From Camelus ferus (Eukaryota), in contig NC_045697.1 in the NCBI RefSeq assembly GCF_009834535.1, positions 37,078,001-37,142,000 of the forward strand: a stretch of DNA of 64,000 bases, written 5' to 3'. The notes under the pieces are model-generated. The model made no database searches, had not been told where the DNA came from, and saw nothing but the letters and a program-made list of their open reading frames with translations. Of the stretch, positions 15,157 to 27,080 are shown in pieces. Position 1 is the stretch's first letter; the number at the start of each line of letters is the position of its first letter. The position numbers and the translations under genes are program-made.

Positions 15157-16258
15157 TGATTCAGTGGCTGGAGCTTCATGGAATGCTCCCCGGGGCCCCT
15201 GGTAGTAAGGATGAATGAAGACTCTCCCCTTCCTGAAAGGTTCCCTTTCATCCTAAGTGTGCAACACCTGTGAGCACTTTATTCTCCACATGTTTGAGTA
15301 GCTGAAGCTACTGTGCAGTTAGAAGTCTCAGGGCATCTGCAGCCATTAAATGGCTAATTTGAATGCACTTAAATCCATACGAAATTGGCTTTTACCAGCT
15401 GACTGGAAGGAACAATCTCAGCTGTTATCTGTGGCTCCAGCTGGTTTTTTGTGGAATAGGAAGTATTGTTCAAAGGAACAAATGTAATTTCATGGAACCA
15501 AGCAGGATATGATAATGAATGAAACAACTTTTCTGCTGAGATGCTGAGAAGGAAATCTAGGCACACTTGTATCATAAGCTCAATTTCTTACATTCAGATT
15601 AGTCACCATGTAGAGTTTCCATACTTACTGCTCTTCCTTCTTCTCAAGGAGGAGCAGTGTTATCAGAACTGGAAGTTAAATATTTTTCTTTATTGATGAT
15701 CTCACTGCCCAGTACAGTTGCTGTAAGTGAGGCAGAAGGACATTAACCATAGGTTAGTCAAAGACACTCTGGTTGGTGAAGATATGTTGATGGGGATGGA
15801 CTGGTACTATTGTTGAAAATAAGGTCTTTGTAGATCAATGGTCCCTAAGTTTTGAGTCAGATTTCCCCAGTGTTTAGGGATCAGAAAGGTTTCAGATTTG
15901 GTGCTCCCAGTGGAAGTCCTCATCACCTCTTGGACCTATCCAAACCCCTGGAGTGACTACGTGATATGTAGAAGGGTCCATGCTAGTCCCAGAAGAAGGC
16001 AGTGTGTGTGTAGGGGGCATAGCTGTAGCTACTGTCTGAGAAGGGTTCTTGGTATCTTAAGACCTGCCAGCAGGAGATCTCTGCCATTCGTGGCCCTTTC
16101 TTCATGTCCCACATTTCTGGGGACAGCTGACATCTGACTCTCCTTCAGTTGTCAAAACCCACATCTGTTTGGAAACACAGGCAGTTAGACAATAGTAAGT
16201 TCTGAGGGTCTGCATTCTTCTTTTTAGTTCTGTCAATTGCACTTGAGTAACTATATGA

Positions 16259-16516
<258 letters not shown>

Positions 16517-16685
16517 TAGCTGGCGCGACCTCAGCTTCGGGCGGAGCCCCGCCCCTGCCCCAGCACACCTGAAGGGGCGACGCCCTTGCCCCTTGTGAGG
16601 CCCTCCCCGGGGCGAATCTGTCCTGGGGGAGCCAGTGCAAGAATCCCCCAGGGGTCTATTTAGTTTTGGAAATGCTTCCCAGATG

Positions 16686-17805
16686 ATTTTTTTTTTTAAT
16701 TAAGAAAAGTTTATTCAAATATAGTTAATTTACAATATATTAGTTTCAGGTGTACAATGTAGTAATTGATTTTTTTATAGATTACACACCATATGGAGTT
16801 ATTATAAAATACTGAACTATGTTCCCTGTGCTGTACTTTACATCTCTGTGATTTATTTATCTTATAACTGGTAGTCTGTACCTCTGAATCCCCTTCACCT
16901 ACTTTGCCCCTCCTTCCACTCCTCTCCCCTCTGGTAACCCCTAGTTTGTTCTCTATACTTGTGAGTCTGTTTCTGTTTCATTTGTTCATTTTTTTTGTCT
17001 TTCAGATTGCACACATAAGCGAAAACATACAGTATTTGTCTTTCTCTGTCTGACTTATTTCATTAAGCATAATACCCTCCAGGTCCATCCATGTTGTCAC
17101 AAATGGCAAGATTTCATTCTTTTTTATGGCTTAGTAATACTACATTGGGGTGCATGTATCTTTTTAATTAGTGATTTCATTTTCTTTGGCTAAATTCCCA
17201 GGAGTGGAATTGCTGGATCACATGGTAGTTCTATTTTTAATTTTAAAGGACCTCCATACTGTTTTCCGTAGTGGCTGCACCAATTTACATTTCTACCAGC
17301 AGTGCATAAGGGTTCCCGTTTCTCCACATACTCACCAGCACTTGTTATTTCTTGTCTTTTTGATGATAGCTATTCTGACAGGTGTAAGGTGATATCTCGT
17401 GCTTTTGATATGCATTTCTCTGATGATTAGTGATGTTGAGTATCTTTTCATGAGCCTGTTGACATGTATATCATCTATATGTCTTTGGAAAAATGCCTAT
17501 TCAGGTCCTCTGCCCATTTTTAAATTGGATTACTTGTGGGCTTTTTTTTTTTTTTTTTTGATACTGAAGTGTTTGAGTCCTTTATATATTTTGGTTATTA
17601 ATCCTTTATCAGACATATTGTTTGCACATATCTTCTCTCATTCGGTAGGTTGCCTTTCGTTGTGCTGATGGTTTCCTTTGCTGTGCAAAAGCTTTTTAGT
17701 TTGATTAGATTTCATGTTTATTTTTTGCTTTTGTTGCTCTTGGCTGAGGAGACTGATCCAAAAAATATTGCTGACACCAATGTCCAAGAGCGTACTGCCT
17801 GTATT
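16686..17805 (-). mobile_element. 5'-truncated L1 (3' UTR plus ORF2 end) in intron 22
   Basis: Poly-T, then sequence collinear with the 3' end of the full-length L1 in this window. Confidence 0.92.
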
Positions 17806-18027
17806 TGCCCCCTGGAGCTGGCAGAGATGTAGGACAGGGAGGGATGTGCTTCCCTGGTGGAGAATCTTTGATCTAAGTCCTCAGGTAATTTGATCAGACT
17901 GACACAGCAACTGTGATATTGAAACTGTATAGGCCTCTCTTTCTGTTTTCTTACTCAGTCATTGAACTGAGGAGAAAGCTGGGAGTCTGGCTGTACTGGG
18001 CTGTTTGACACTATATCAGCAGTTCTT

Positions 18028-18440
18028 TTTTTTTTTTTTTTTTTCTTTTTGTATATATATATATTATTGAGGTATATAGTCAGTTTACAATGTTGTATCA
18101 ATTTCTGGTGTACAGCATAATGCTTCAGTCATACATGAATGTTCATGTATTCATTTTCATATTCTTTTTCACCACAAGTTACTACAGGATATTGAATATA
18201 GTTCCTTGTGCTATACAGTATGAACTTGTTGTTTGTCTATTTTATATATATATTAGGTAGTATCTGCAAGTCTGGAACTCCCAATTTATCTGTTAAATAT
18301 TTTGTTTATTATTTAAATGACTTTATTTCGATTGGGGGGTAATTAGGTTTATTTAGTTTTAAAGGAGATACTGGGGATTGAACCCAGGACCTCATGCATG
18401 CTAAGCACACACTATACCACTGAGCTATACCCTCCCCCTG
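18028..18440 (-). mobile_element. Composite insertion: tRNA-Ala SINE joined to ~240 bp of L1 3' end and poly(A)
   Basis: TSD TCAGCAGTTCTT at 18016-18027 and 18441-18452; SINE ~18291-18438; L1 3' UTR ~18051-18290. Confidence 0.85.
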
Positions 18441-19346
18441 TCAGCAGTTCTTACTCCTTGCTGCAAGCTGGAACCACCTGGGGAGATTTGGAAGCTAATA
18501 TCCAAGCCTCCCCCAGACCAACAAATGTGAATCTTTGGGAGTGAGGCCCAAGCACTCTCTGGCTGATTTGTTCTTTCTTTCTAACTTTGTAATATGGGAA
18601 ATTTCCAACATGCATGGTTCAAATAGCATAGTGAACTGTCAGGTATCCATCACTCAACTTCAGTGTCTATGAACTCATGGCCTGTCTGCACACATAGCCA
18701 TATCTACTCCTTCTCTACCACTCCCCTCTGGGTTATTTTGAAGCAGATCCTAGCCGTCACATCATTTCATCCATAAATATTTCAGCATGTATCTCAAAAA
18801 GAGGCTCTATTTTTTAAAATAACTAGTTATTAAAAATAACAGTGATACTATTATTTCACCCCCCCTCCACATCCACAGTAGTTAAGAACATCAGATATCC
18901 AGTGTTCCAATTTCCTTAATTCTCTCATAAATATTATTTTATGTTTGGTTTGTTCTATTCAAGACCTTCATAAGAGTCACACATGGCCCTTGGTTGGTAG
19001 AGTTCTCTAAGTTCGTCCTGCCTTTTTTGGCCCCTTTGCATGTTATTTGTGTAAAAACCAGAGCATTTGCATATAGAGTTCCCACATTTAGAACTTTGCT
19101 GATTGCATTACCATTGTGTGTTTTATCACATTTTTGTCTCCTATATTTGTTGTAAACTGGTAGTTAGTCTAAAGGCTTAATCTGACTTGGCAGATTTTTG
19201 GCAAGTGTGCTTCAAAGATGGTGCTATGTACAGGAGGTGCATTCTGTCCAGTTGTCTCTCTTTTTGCAACAGTACTAGCCATTGGTGGTCATACGTTGAC
19301 TCATTAATTTATTACCAAGGTGATGCTAATGCACAGCCAGGACTAG
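18441..19346. mobile_element. MER5-like hAT MITE interrupted by an old L1MC-type fragment (~18570-19315)
   Basis: CAGCAGTTCT...GGAACCACCTGGGGAG...GAGGCCCAAG on the left and GGTGATGCTAATGCACAGCCAGG on the right. Confidence 0.6.
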
Positions 19347-20211
19347 ACCTAGCGGTGTACATGGGCCAGACGAAGGGGCCATGCCCCAGTTCTTTGTCCT
19401 CTATGCATCGCCCCTGGACAGAGGCAGGAGAAGATGATGATAGAGTGGCCCCTGGTTCAAGGCCCAAATTGCTTATGAGTCTCTCTTTTTTTCCCCCTTC
19501 ATTCAGGGTGTTGCTTTCTCTGCCCCATTCAGCAGACTACATACAATTATTTAGGCAGAAGCACATGGCATTATTTTGGAGGCTTAGAAGTGTGATTTCT
19601 CTCAACCAATTTAGGTATAAGATATAGACAGCCCTTGTTTATTTGTATGCAGTGGGTAATTTTAAAAGTATAATTTTTGTTTGTTTTTGTTTTTGGCATG
19701 TGTTACGAGATTTGGAGATGGGGAAAGTGGCCTGACTTACCTTTCTACTTATCCTTTGCTCAGAACAGTTTTTAAATGTACTTATATTCCTTTAGCAAAC
19801 AGTGTTTCTCTAAGCTTTGGGTAGTTCTGGGGTAGGGGGCAGGCTGAGCAGTGGGTCTTGGAGCCCTGTCCCCCAGATTTGTCATCTATTTGGTTACTTT
19901 GTGTTTGGGAGCTCTGACTATTTCAACTGTAAAAGAGGGTTTTGCTTATAAATAAAGTTAGAAAATTACATTGGGATAAATAACATAAGAAAGGTGCCAA
20001 GAACTTTTCTAGGGGTGCACAAGGCTGGTCTTTAGAACTTGACACATGTTCCAAGGGAGAATAATTCTAGTTGACAGGTAATTGTTGTATTACATAACTA
20101 GAACTTCTGCAAGGGTGATGATACATTTGATCTTCTTTGAATCACACGAAGTATGTCCCAGATAACTATACCAGGTCATACTGTGGCCCAGCTGGGCTGA
20201 ACGTGGTAAGG

Positions 20212-20584
20212 GTCTTAGCTTGGGCTGTCATAACACAATACCACAGACTAAGGGACTTGAACAACAGGAATTTATTTATTGTATTTCTGGAGGCTGCAAG
20301 TTCAAGATTAAGGTGTTGGCAGGTTTGGTTTCTCCTGAGGCCTCTTTCCTTGGCTTGCACGTGGCCACCTTCTCACTGTGCCCTCACTTGGGCTTTTTCT
20401 ATATGTGTATTTCTGGTGTCTCATCCTCTTGTTATAAGGACACCAATCCTGTTGGGTTAGTGTCCCGCCTTTATTACCTCATTTATCCTTAATTACCTCC
20501 TTAAAGGTCCTGTCTCCAAATATGGTCACAATGGGGGTCAGGGTTTTAGCCTATGAATTTGGGGGGACACATTCAGCCCATAAA
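20212..20584 (-). mobile_element. MaLR solo LTR (MLT1-like)
   Basis: GGGCTGTCATAACACAATACCACAGACT...GAATTTGGGGGGACACATTCAGCCCATAA. Confidence 0.85.
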
Positions 20585-21518
20585 AGTGAGGGGGGATCCC
20601 AGACTTGGGCTGCTCTGGGTGTAGGCAGCCAGGAGTGAGCATGGTGGCCCTGTGGAACCCTCTCCTCAAGGCTCAAGATGTATGGCCTTGGGAGGGGAGT
20701 GGGCCTAAGGAATCAGGACTTGGGGGTGCTAGGTCAGAGCCTATCAGGAGCCAGGCCCTGGGCTATAAGGTGGGCACTGTGGCTCAGGGACCAGATATAA
20801 GCCCAGTCGTCAGCATGAGGAACCGCTCTGAAGCCTGACGAGCAGCAAGGATGATGTGGGGCTGGGTCATGGGGGAAGTTAGCTCTCTCTGTGCCCACAC
20901 TCCTGCCTTCCTCTGTGAGATGCACTGGCAGAGAGAGGAGTAAGCCAGGCCCAGGGGAGCCAGTGCCAGGGAGACTGACTCCGCCACAGGGCCCAGCTGT
21001 GGAATTCATCCCAAGAGGGAGGCTAGTGGTCCAAATCACAGCATCCAAGGAAGTGTCATCAACACAGGTCCTAGCTGGGCTGGGGTCAATATAATATCCA
21101 AGGGTTGACTCAGGCCTCCAGCCATTGGCCAAGATCCCAGGAACTGGGCCTCCTGGGAAGAGGGGTGGTCAGGACTAGTCAAGACCAGCTAAGGGGACTG
21201 GGGTTTAGTGAGGCCCTGGGACCAGGGCGTAAGTTGGGAGGGAGGGTGGAGTACAAATAGGAACTGAGCGAAAGCTCAGTCCTAGGGAAGGGCCCAATCT
21301 GGGGAGTTGTGAAGGGGGACCTCCGTCCAGTAGTCCCATAGGTTCTAAGGGTTCTCTGGGCTGCAGGGGCCTGGGGGAGGATGGAAGCAGACTGTTTCCT
21401 GTGGGCTGGGCTCAGTTCTCTGCTTGGAAACTGACATGGAAAGGAAGGGAGAGAGGCTGAGGGTCAGGCCTGGCCTGCCAGGCAGGAAATAGCTGAAGGG
21501 GTCGAAAGCCCCTATTTG

Positions 21519-21520
<2 letters not shown>

Positions 21521-21566
<46 letters not shown>
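21521..21566. repeat. (GT)23 microsatellite
   Basis: Read directly. Confidence 0.97.
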
Positions 21567-21567
<1 letters not shown>

Positions 21568-22139
21568 TGAGGTGCCTTCCCACCTTCACCAGCCTGACGC
21601 TATGGCTTATATGCTGCGTGTACAGCATTGTGCTGCAGCCTCACAGGGGAGAGGTGAAGCATGGTCCTGCCGTCAGCAGATGATGATCACTCAGAGCGAA
21701 AAGAGATCCATGCAAATTTAGCAACACAAGACAAGATAACAATAAGACAGTAAGAGTTCAGAGACAGGAAGACCAACAGGCCATACTGACAGTCTGGAGA
21801 TTTTAGAGAAGATTTAGATTTTTGTGAAAATTTTTAAATGTCCAGAAAAAGTGAAGGAACACATCTACCACTTAAATTTAGCAGTTGTTAATATTGTGCC
21901 ATGTTTGTCTTGTCTGTCTGTCCATCTGCCTACCTATATACATAAAATAGGTGTCGTGTGTATCACACACTCATACTTTTTTTTTCTTGCTAAATCACTT
22001 GAAACTCCACACATTTCCTAAGAATAAGGATACTTTCCTATGTAGCCATAATAGCATGATCACATGTGAGAAAATTAACAGCTATTCCCTAATATCATCT
22101 AATATCCAGGCCCTATTCACATTCAGGTAAGAGCTTGAA

Positions 22140-22380
22140 TAATAATAGCGATGTCATAGCTAACGTTTACTGAGGACTTACTATGTGCTAGGCACTGTGC
22201 TCAGTGCTTTATGGCTATTACCTCATTTAATCACTCCAACAAACAGGACTATTGTCAGGCACTGTTGTCATGCTGTTTTTGAGGCAAGGGAGCAAGTTCA
22301 GGAGGTTAAGTGACTTTTGTGATGTCCCACAACTGATATGTGGTTGACCATTCTAGATCTAAGGTTTTCTGACTCTAGAA
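22140..22380 (-). mobile_element. MIR SINE remnant
   Basis: AGCTAACGTTTACTGAGGACTTACTATGTGCTAGGCACTGTGCT...CTCATTTAATC...GAGGTTAAGTGACTT. Confidence 0.8.
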
Positions 22381-22834
22381 CTCCCCCCTCAGTAAGTAAA
22401 GAGCCTTCACCTAGGCCTTCAAGACTCAAAGAGGGTGGATGTAGGAGGAGAGAAGAAGGGGAGGAGGGGAGAGAGGGCATTTCCCGGGCCTGGGTGAGAT
22501 CCTGAGACCACAGTTTAGACATTCAGGAGGTTTCAGAGCGAGCAACCTACTGGCCTGGCTGCACTTCGCCCCTGGTTTCATCCTTCTGCTTTTTCTTTCC
22601 TAGGCTTTTTGTTCAGGCCTTGCTTGTTTTCTGTTCCACTAGGATTGAGTAGAGAATGTAGAAATTGTCACAGCTTGTTAGCAGCTTTGGTGAAAGGCTT
22701 GGCAGAAGAGAGGGGGCACTCAGGAGTAGGGATGCCCTGTGGATCCGGGTTTCCCATGTGGCCCGCTGCAGTGCAGTGGGCGATGGGTCTGGCTTGGTGG
22801 CAGAACCTTGCCCGACTGGGTAGCCTGAGTTTGA

Positions 22835-23092
<258 letters not shown>

Positions 23093-24384
23093 CTGGCAGA
23101 TTCGGGGGGGACCCTCCACTCTCCTGGAACCACCTTGGATCCTTTTAAGAAAACCACTTTATTGCAATGCAAAATTTGAGAAGAGGACTTGGATGATGTG
23201 TGAAGAGGGGTTCCCGGCCAAGGGCCTCAGGGAACCTTCTGAATAGGAAGGAATGGGCTATTTTGAAATGAACTTTTTCAGCGTTGCCTCTCGCAAGTGC
23301 TTCAGTAGCATCTCAGCGGCGTGCGAAGTTTGGAGGTAGATAGACAAGGAAATCATGGGCCACGGAAGACGAACTTTGTGTTTCAAGGGCATTGGTGAGA
23401 TTCCAACGTACACAATTTTTACTGCAACAAAACTCCAGCATTGTAATTATGTAAATAACTCTAACCAAGGATGTGTTTTGATTTGTATTAACTATCTTCT
23501 CTGGACTTCTGAAGAGACCACTCAACCCATCCATGTACTTCCTGCTGGAAACCTGGTATCAGCTGCTGTTGAACTTTCTTGTGAAGTACATGCAAAACCA
23601 CTTTTGAACCTTAAAAGGTACTGGTACTATAGCATTTAATTTTTTTTTTTTTTAGTGTTAAAGAGATAAAGGATAATAATTAACCAACCTTGTTTATTAG
23701 ATTTGGGTCATTTATAAACCCGACAACTCATTTTCATATTGTAATCTACGTTTATAATAATACTACTGTTATCGGTAATGCTAAATGTGTAATATGTAAT
23801 ACGTTTTCCCTACAAAAAAAAGCACAATTTAAAAAAAAAATCCTTACTAAGTAGGTGACAAGTTTGACAGTTTTTGACATTTCTATTAAATAACATGTTT
23901 CTCTAGAAAATACGGTTATAGCTTTAGTGGATTAAATTTAGCTGAACATAGAGAACAAAGTAAAAGTAGTGTCTTCCAGGAAGTCAGAGTTTTTAACCGT
24001 GTACTGAATAGCTTCCCTAATCCATTGTACTAAAAACAATTAACTGCCCTCTGAAGTAATGGGATTTAAAATAAATAAACAAGCCCCTAAATCCTAAATA
24101 TTAAGGCATGAGTCTACGCCTAACATGACTTGTCATGTTATTACTCGGTGGAAAAGATAATCATCAGCAAAAAGACTGGATTTGCAGAGGTTTTTTTCAT
24201 ACCTGGTGATAACTCTGGTGGATCTCAACATATATATATATATTTGATTCTGTGAACCCTAAAAGAGTCAGAAGGATTCCCTGAACAGGAGCCCCCTTCC
24301 TTCATCTCTTACCCCCAAGAGAAATAGTTTGAAATTCTGAGACAATAAAGGCGTTCACAGTGAAGGCTGTGTGCCTTAGCCTGG

Positions 24385-24535
24385 ACTCGGTCTCCAAATG
24401 TAACTGTCAACCAGGATCACCAGACTCTAGGTCCTCATCCCAGAGATTCTGAATGGTGAGGTCTGGGGGAGCAGAGACTTGTATTTTCACAAACATCCTG
24501 GCTGTTCTGATCAGCCAGACTTGGGAAACACCAAC
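24385..24535. mobile_element. MER5-like hAT remnant inside the PDGFRA 3' UTR
   Basis: CCCAGAGATTCTGA...GGTCTGGGG...TGTATTTTCACAAACATCC...TTCTGATCAGCCAGACTTGGGAAACAC. Confidence 0.55.
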
Positions 24536-25973
24536 ATAGACGGCAGAAAGTTGCCATGGGAAAAAAATAATTTGAAATTAGGAACTGGGCTAGAAATCAA
24601 CCATGTAGGAAACCTACTGTTTAAATCTTGGCTCTGGGTCAGTGATGTTTAATGCCATTTATCTATCAATTGCTACCCTTCATTTAACTTTCCAGTCTTA
24701 ACTGAGGCTGAGCAAGTGAAACCTTGGCTTTTCAGATCTTCTCACTACATGAGGGAACTGAATTCCCTCCCCACCAACTTCCCCCCAAAGGGATGTGCAA
24801 ATGTTGCAATTCAGTGTACCAAGTCTCTAAAACCAGGTCAATATTTTGGTGCAAAAAATGGAAAGTTTTACTGGTATCTTGGGGTTAGATGGGAGGACAG
24901 ATTGTCACATCCATCCAAACTGTCAAACCGGTTGGTGTGGGTTCTTTGGCATTCTCTGCAATGCCGCTTAATTGCTGATACCATATGAATGAAACATGGG
25001 CTGTGATTACTGCAATCACTGTACGTGCTCCTGGCAGGTGATGCGTTGGAAGATGTAGAAGCAATCACAAGGTACTTGACTACCTACTGGTATAATCTCA
25101 ATGCAAGCCCCACCTTTCTTACGGTAAGCGTGAAGACTGAGCCATATTGGGCAATTAAAAAAGAAACCCTGACTAGGTTCTGTAGAGCCCATTAGACTTG
25201 AAATACATTTGTGTTTCTAGAATCACAGCTCAAGCACTCTGTTTATCTCTCCCTCTCCCTTGTACAGCCTTCTTTTGTTGGTGCTTTGCACTTTGATGTC
25301 CTTTGAGTCTTGAGTGACATCATGAAGCTGGATGAAAATTCTCAGACCATCAGGGTCTAGTCCTCACGAACGCTCTCACCTGAGTTTGTGTGTGACTGCA
25401 TTTTTTTTTTTTTAATGTAACAGTGTTTTCAGTGTATCGTAGATTTGTTTCCTTTTTGGCCTCCTGCAAAGTCCCCAGATGAAAATTTGTCAATGCTTCC
25501 TGCTTTCTATTTTTATGAAGACAATCAAAGTTGGCCTGAGAAACACAATTTGTGACTTTTCAAATGATCGATGATGTCCTTAAAATGTGGTCTGCCAATC
25601 TGTACAAAACGGTCCTATTTTTGTGAAGAGGGACGTGAGATAAAATGATGTTATACATCAATATGTATATATGTATTTCTATATAGACTTGGAGAATACT
25701 GCCAAAACATTTATGACAAGCTGTATCACTGCCTTTGTTTATATTTTTTTAACTGTGATGTTCCCCACAGGCACATTAACTGTTGCACTTTTGATTGTCC
25801 AAAATTTTTATTTTAGAAATAATAAAGAGAAAAATACGTACATGTTCCCAAACAGTGGTGTGGTGAATGTTTGAGAACTAACTCTATAGGAAGGGTCTGC
25901 CAATACAATTGTATTACAAATGCCCCATTCATGTTTTTGTTTTAAGACATGTAAATGAAGATCTTTATATTTC

Positions 25974-25979
25974 AATAAA
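25974..25979 (+). terminator. Main polyadenylation signal AATAAA
   Basis: AATAAA with a GU/U-rich element (TTGTTGTCTTTAGTTT) about 45-60 nt downstream; a second AATAAA at 25821-25826. Confidence 0.75.
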
Positions 25980-26634
25980 TAAGATATATACGTATAATTT
26001 AAAGTTATGCTAAAGTTCCAGCATTGTTGTCTTTAGTTTAACCATAAATTACAGCAATCCTGTTTAATTTACTTTCTTAGCAACATTCCAGTAGGACTCT
26101 GTATTGTGGTTTTCATGAAGCTGATAGGAAATTTTAGATTTAAATATTATTTGAGCTAGTTAGTTCTCAGACCCAGTATTTGACTTCAAGATGACTGGCC
26201 CTTGGCTCATCCTTATCCTGTCTTTTCTTTGTTATAATAGTACTTTCATGTGTGGTATTTTTTCCCCTACACAAGTACAGGGTTGCATTTACTGTGGACA
26301 CCATTCAGACTATGCAGAAGGATGTAAAGTAAAAGGTTAAAGTCTTTTTTCACCATAGCTTCTTCCCTGTCTTGGTCCCAGTTCCCAGAGATGGAATTGC
26401 ATCTTTTCTCTTCCTTCCTTCCTTCCTTCCTTTTTATTTCTCTTTCTCTCTCTCTTTTTCTCTTTCTTTCTATTTTTTCAGAACTGCGTCTTCTGTGTGT
26501 TTTTATCCTTTCAGCCCCTTTCGGTGCATCTGCTTATATACATATATATACATCTCTATTTTTGCTTCATATTTTACCTAAATGAGATTGCATTTTATGT
26601 AATGCTTTGTAATATGCTTTGTTCTTTTTCTTTT

Positions 26635-27080
26635 TAAAAAAACAGACAATTTTTTTAGACCAGTTTTAAGTTCACAGCAAAACTGAGCAAAGGTACAGAT
26701 TTCCCTTCTTCCCTCCACTCCCACACATGCACAGCTTCACATCCCCCCCAGAGTGGTACCTTTGTTACAGTTGATGAACCTACATTGACACGTCATTATC
26801 ACCAGAGTCCACAGTGTTTTTTTCTTTTAATGCTGTATTTTAGAGATATCTGTCAGAAGATAGACAGACCTCCCTCATTTTTTATCAGCAGCATAGTATC
26901 CCATTATGTAAATATACCATAATTTATGCAATCATGTTCCTGTAGATAGATTTATAGTTTCTAGTCCTTTGCTATTTAAATGACTCATGAAAATCCTTGC
27001 ACGTACATACATCCTTGTGCACATATAGTAGTGTTTTGTCAGGATAGATTCCTAGAAATCAACCTGCTAGGCCAAAGCAG
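26635..27080 (-). mobile_element. Old L1 3' fragments (L1MC/L1ME-like)
   Basis: AGTTTTAAGTTCACAGCAAAACTGAGC...GATGAACCTACATTGACACGTCATTATCACC. Confidence 0.75.

Larger units (their letters stand above)
23093..26007 (+). other. PDGFRA: PDGFRA 3' UTR (~2.9 kb, 3' end approximate)
   Basis: Follows the stop; AU-rich; ends TTTCAATAAAT...TATAATTTAAAGTTA, like the recalled end of mammalian PDGFRA mRNA. Confidence 0.8.
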
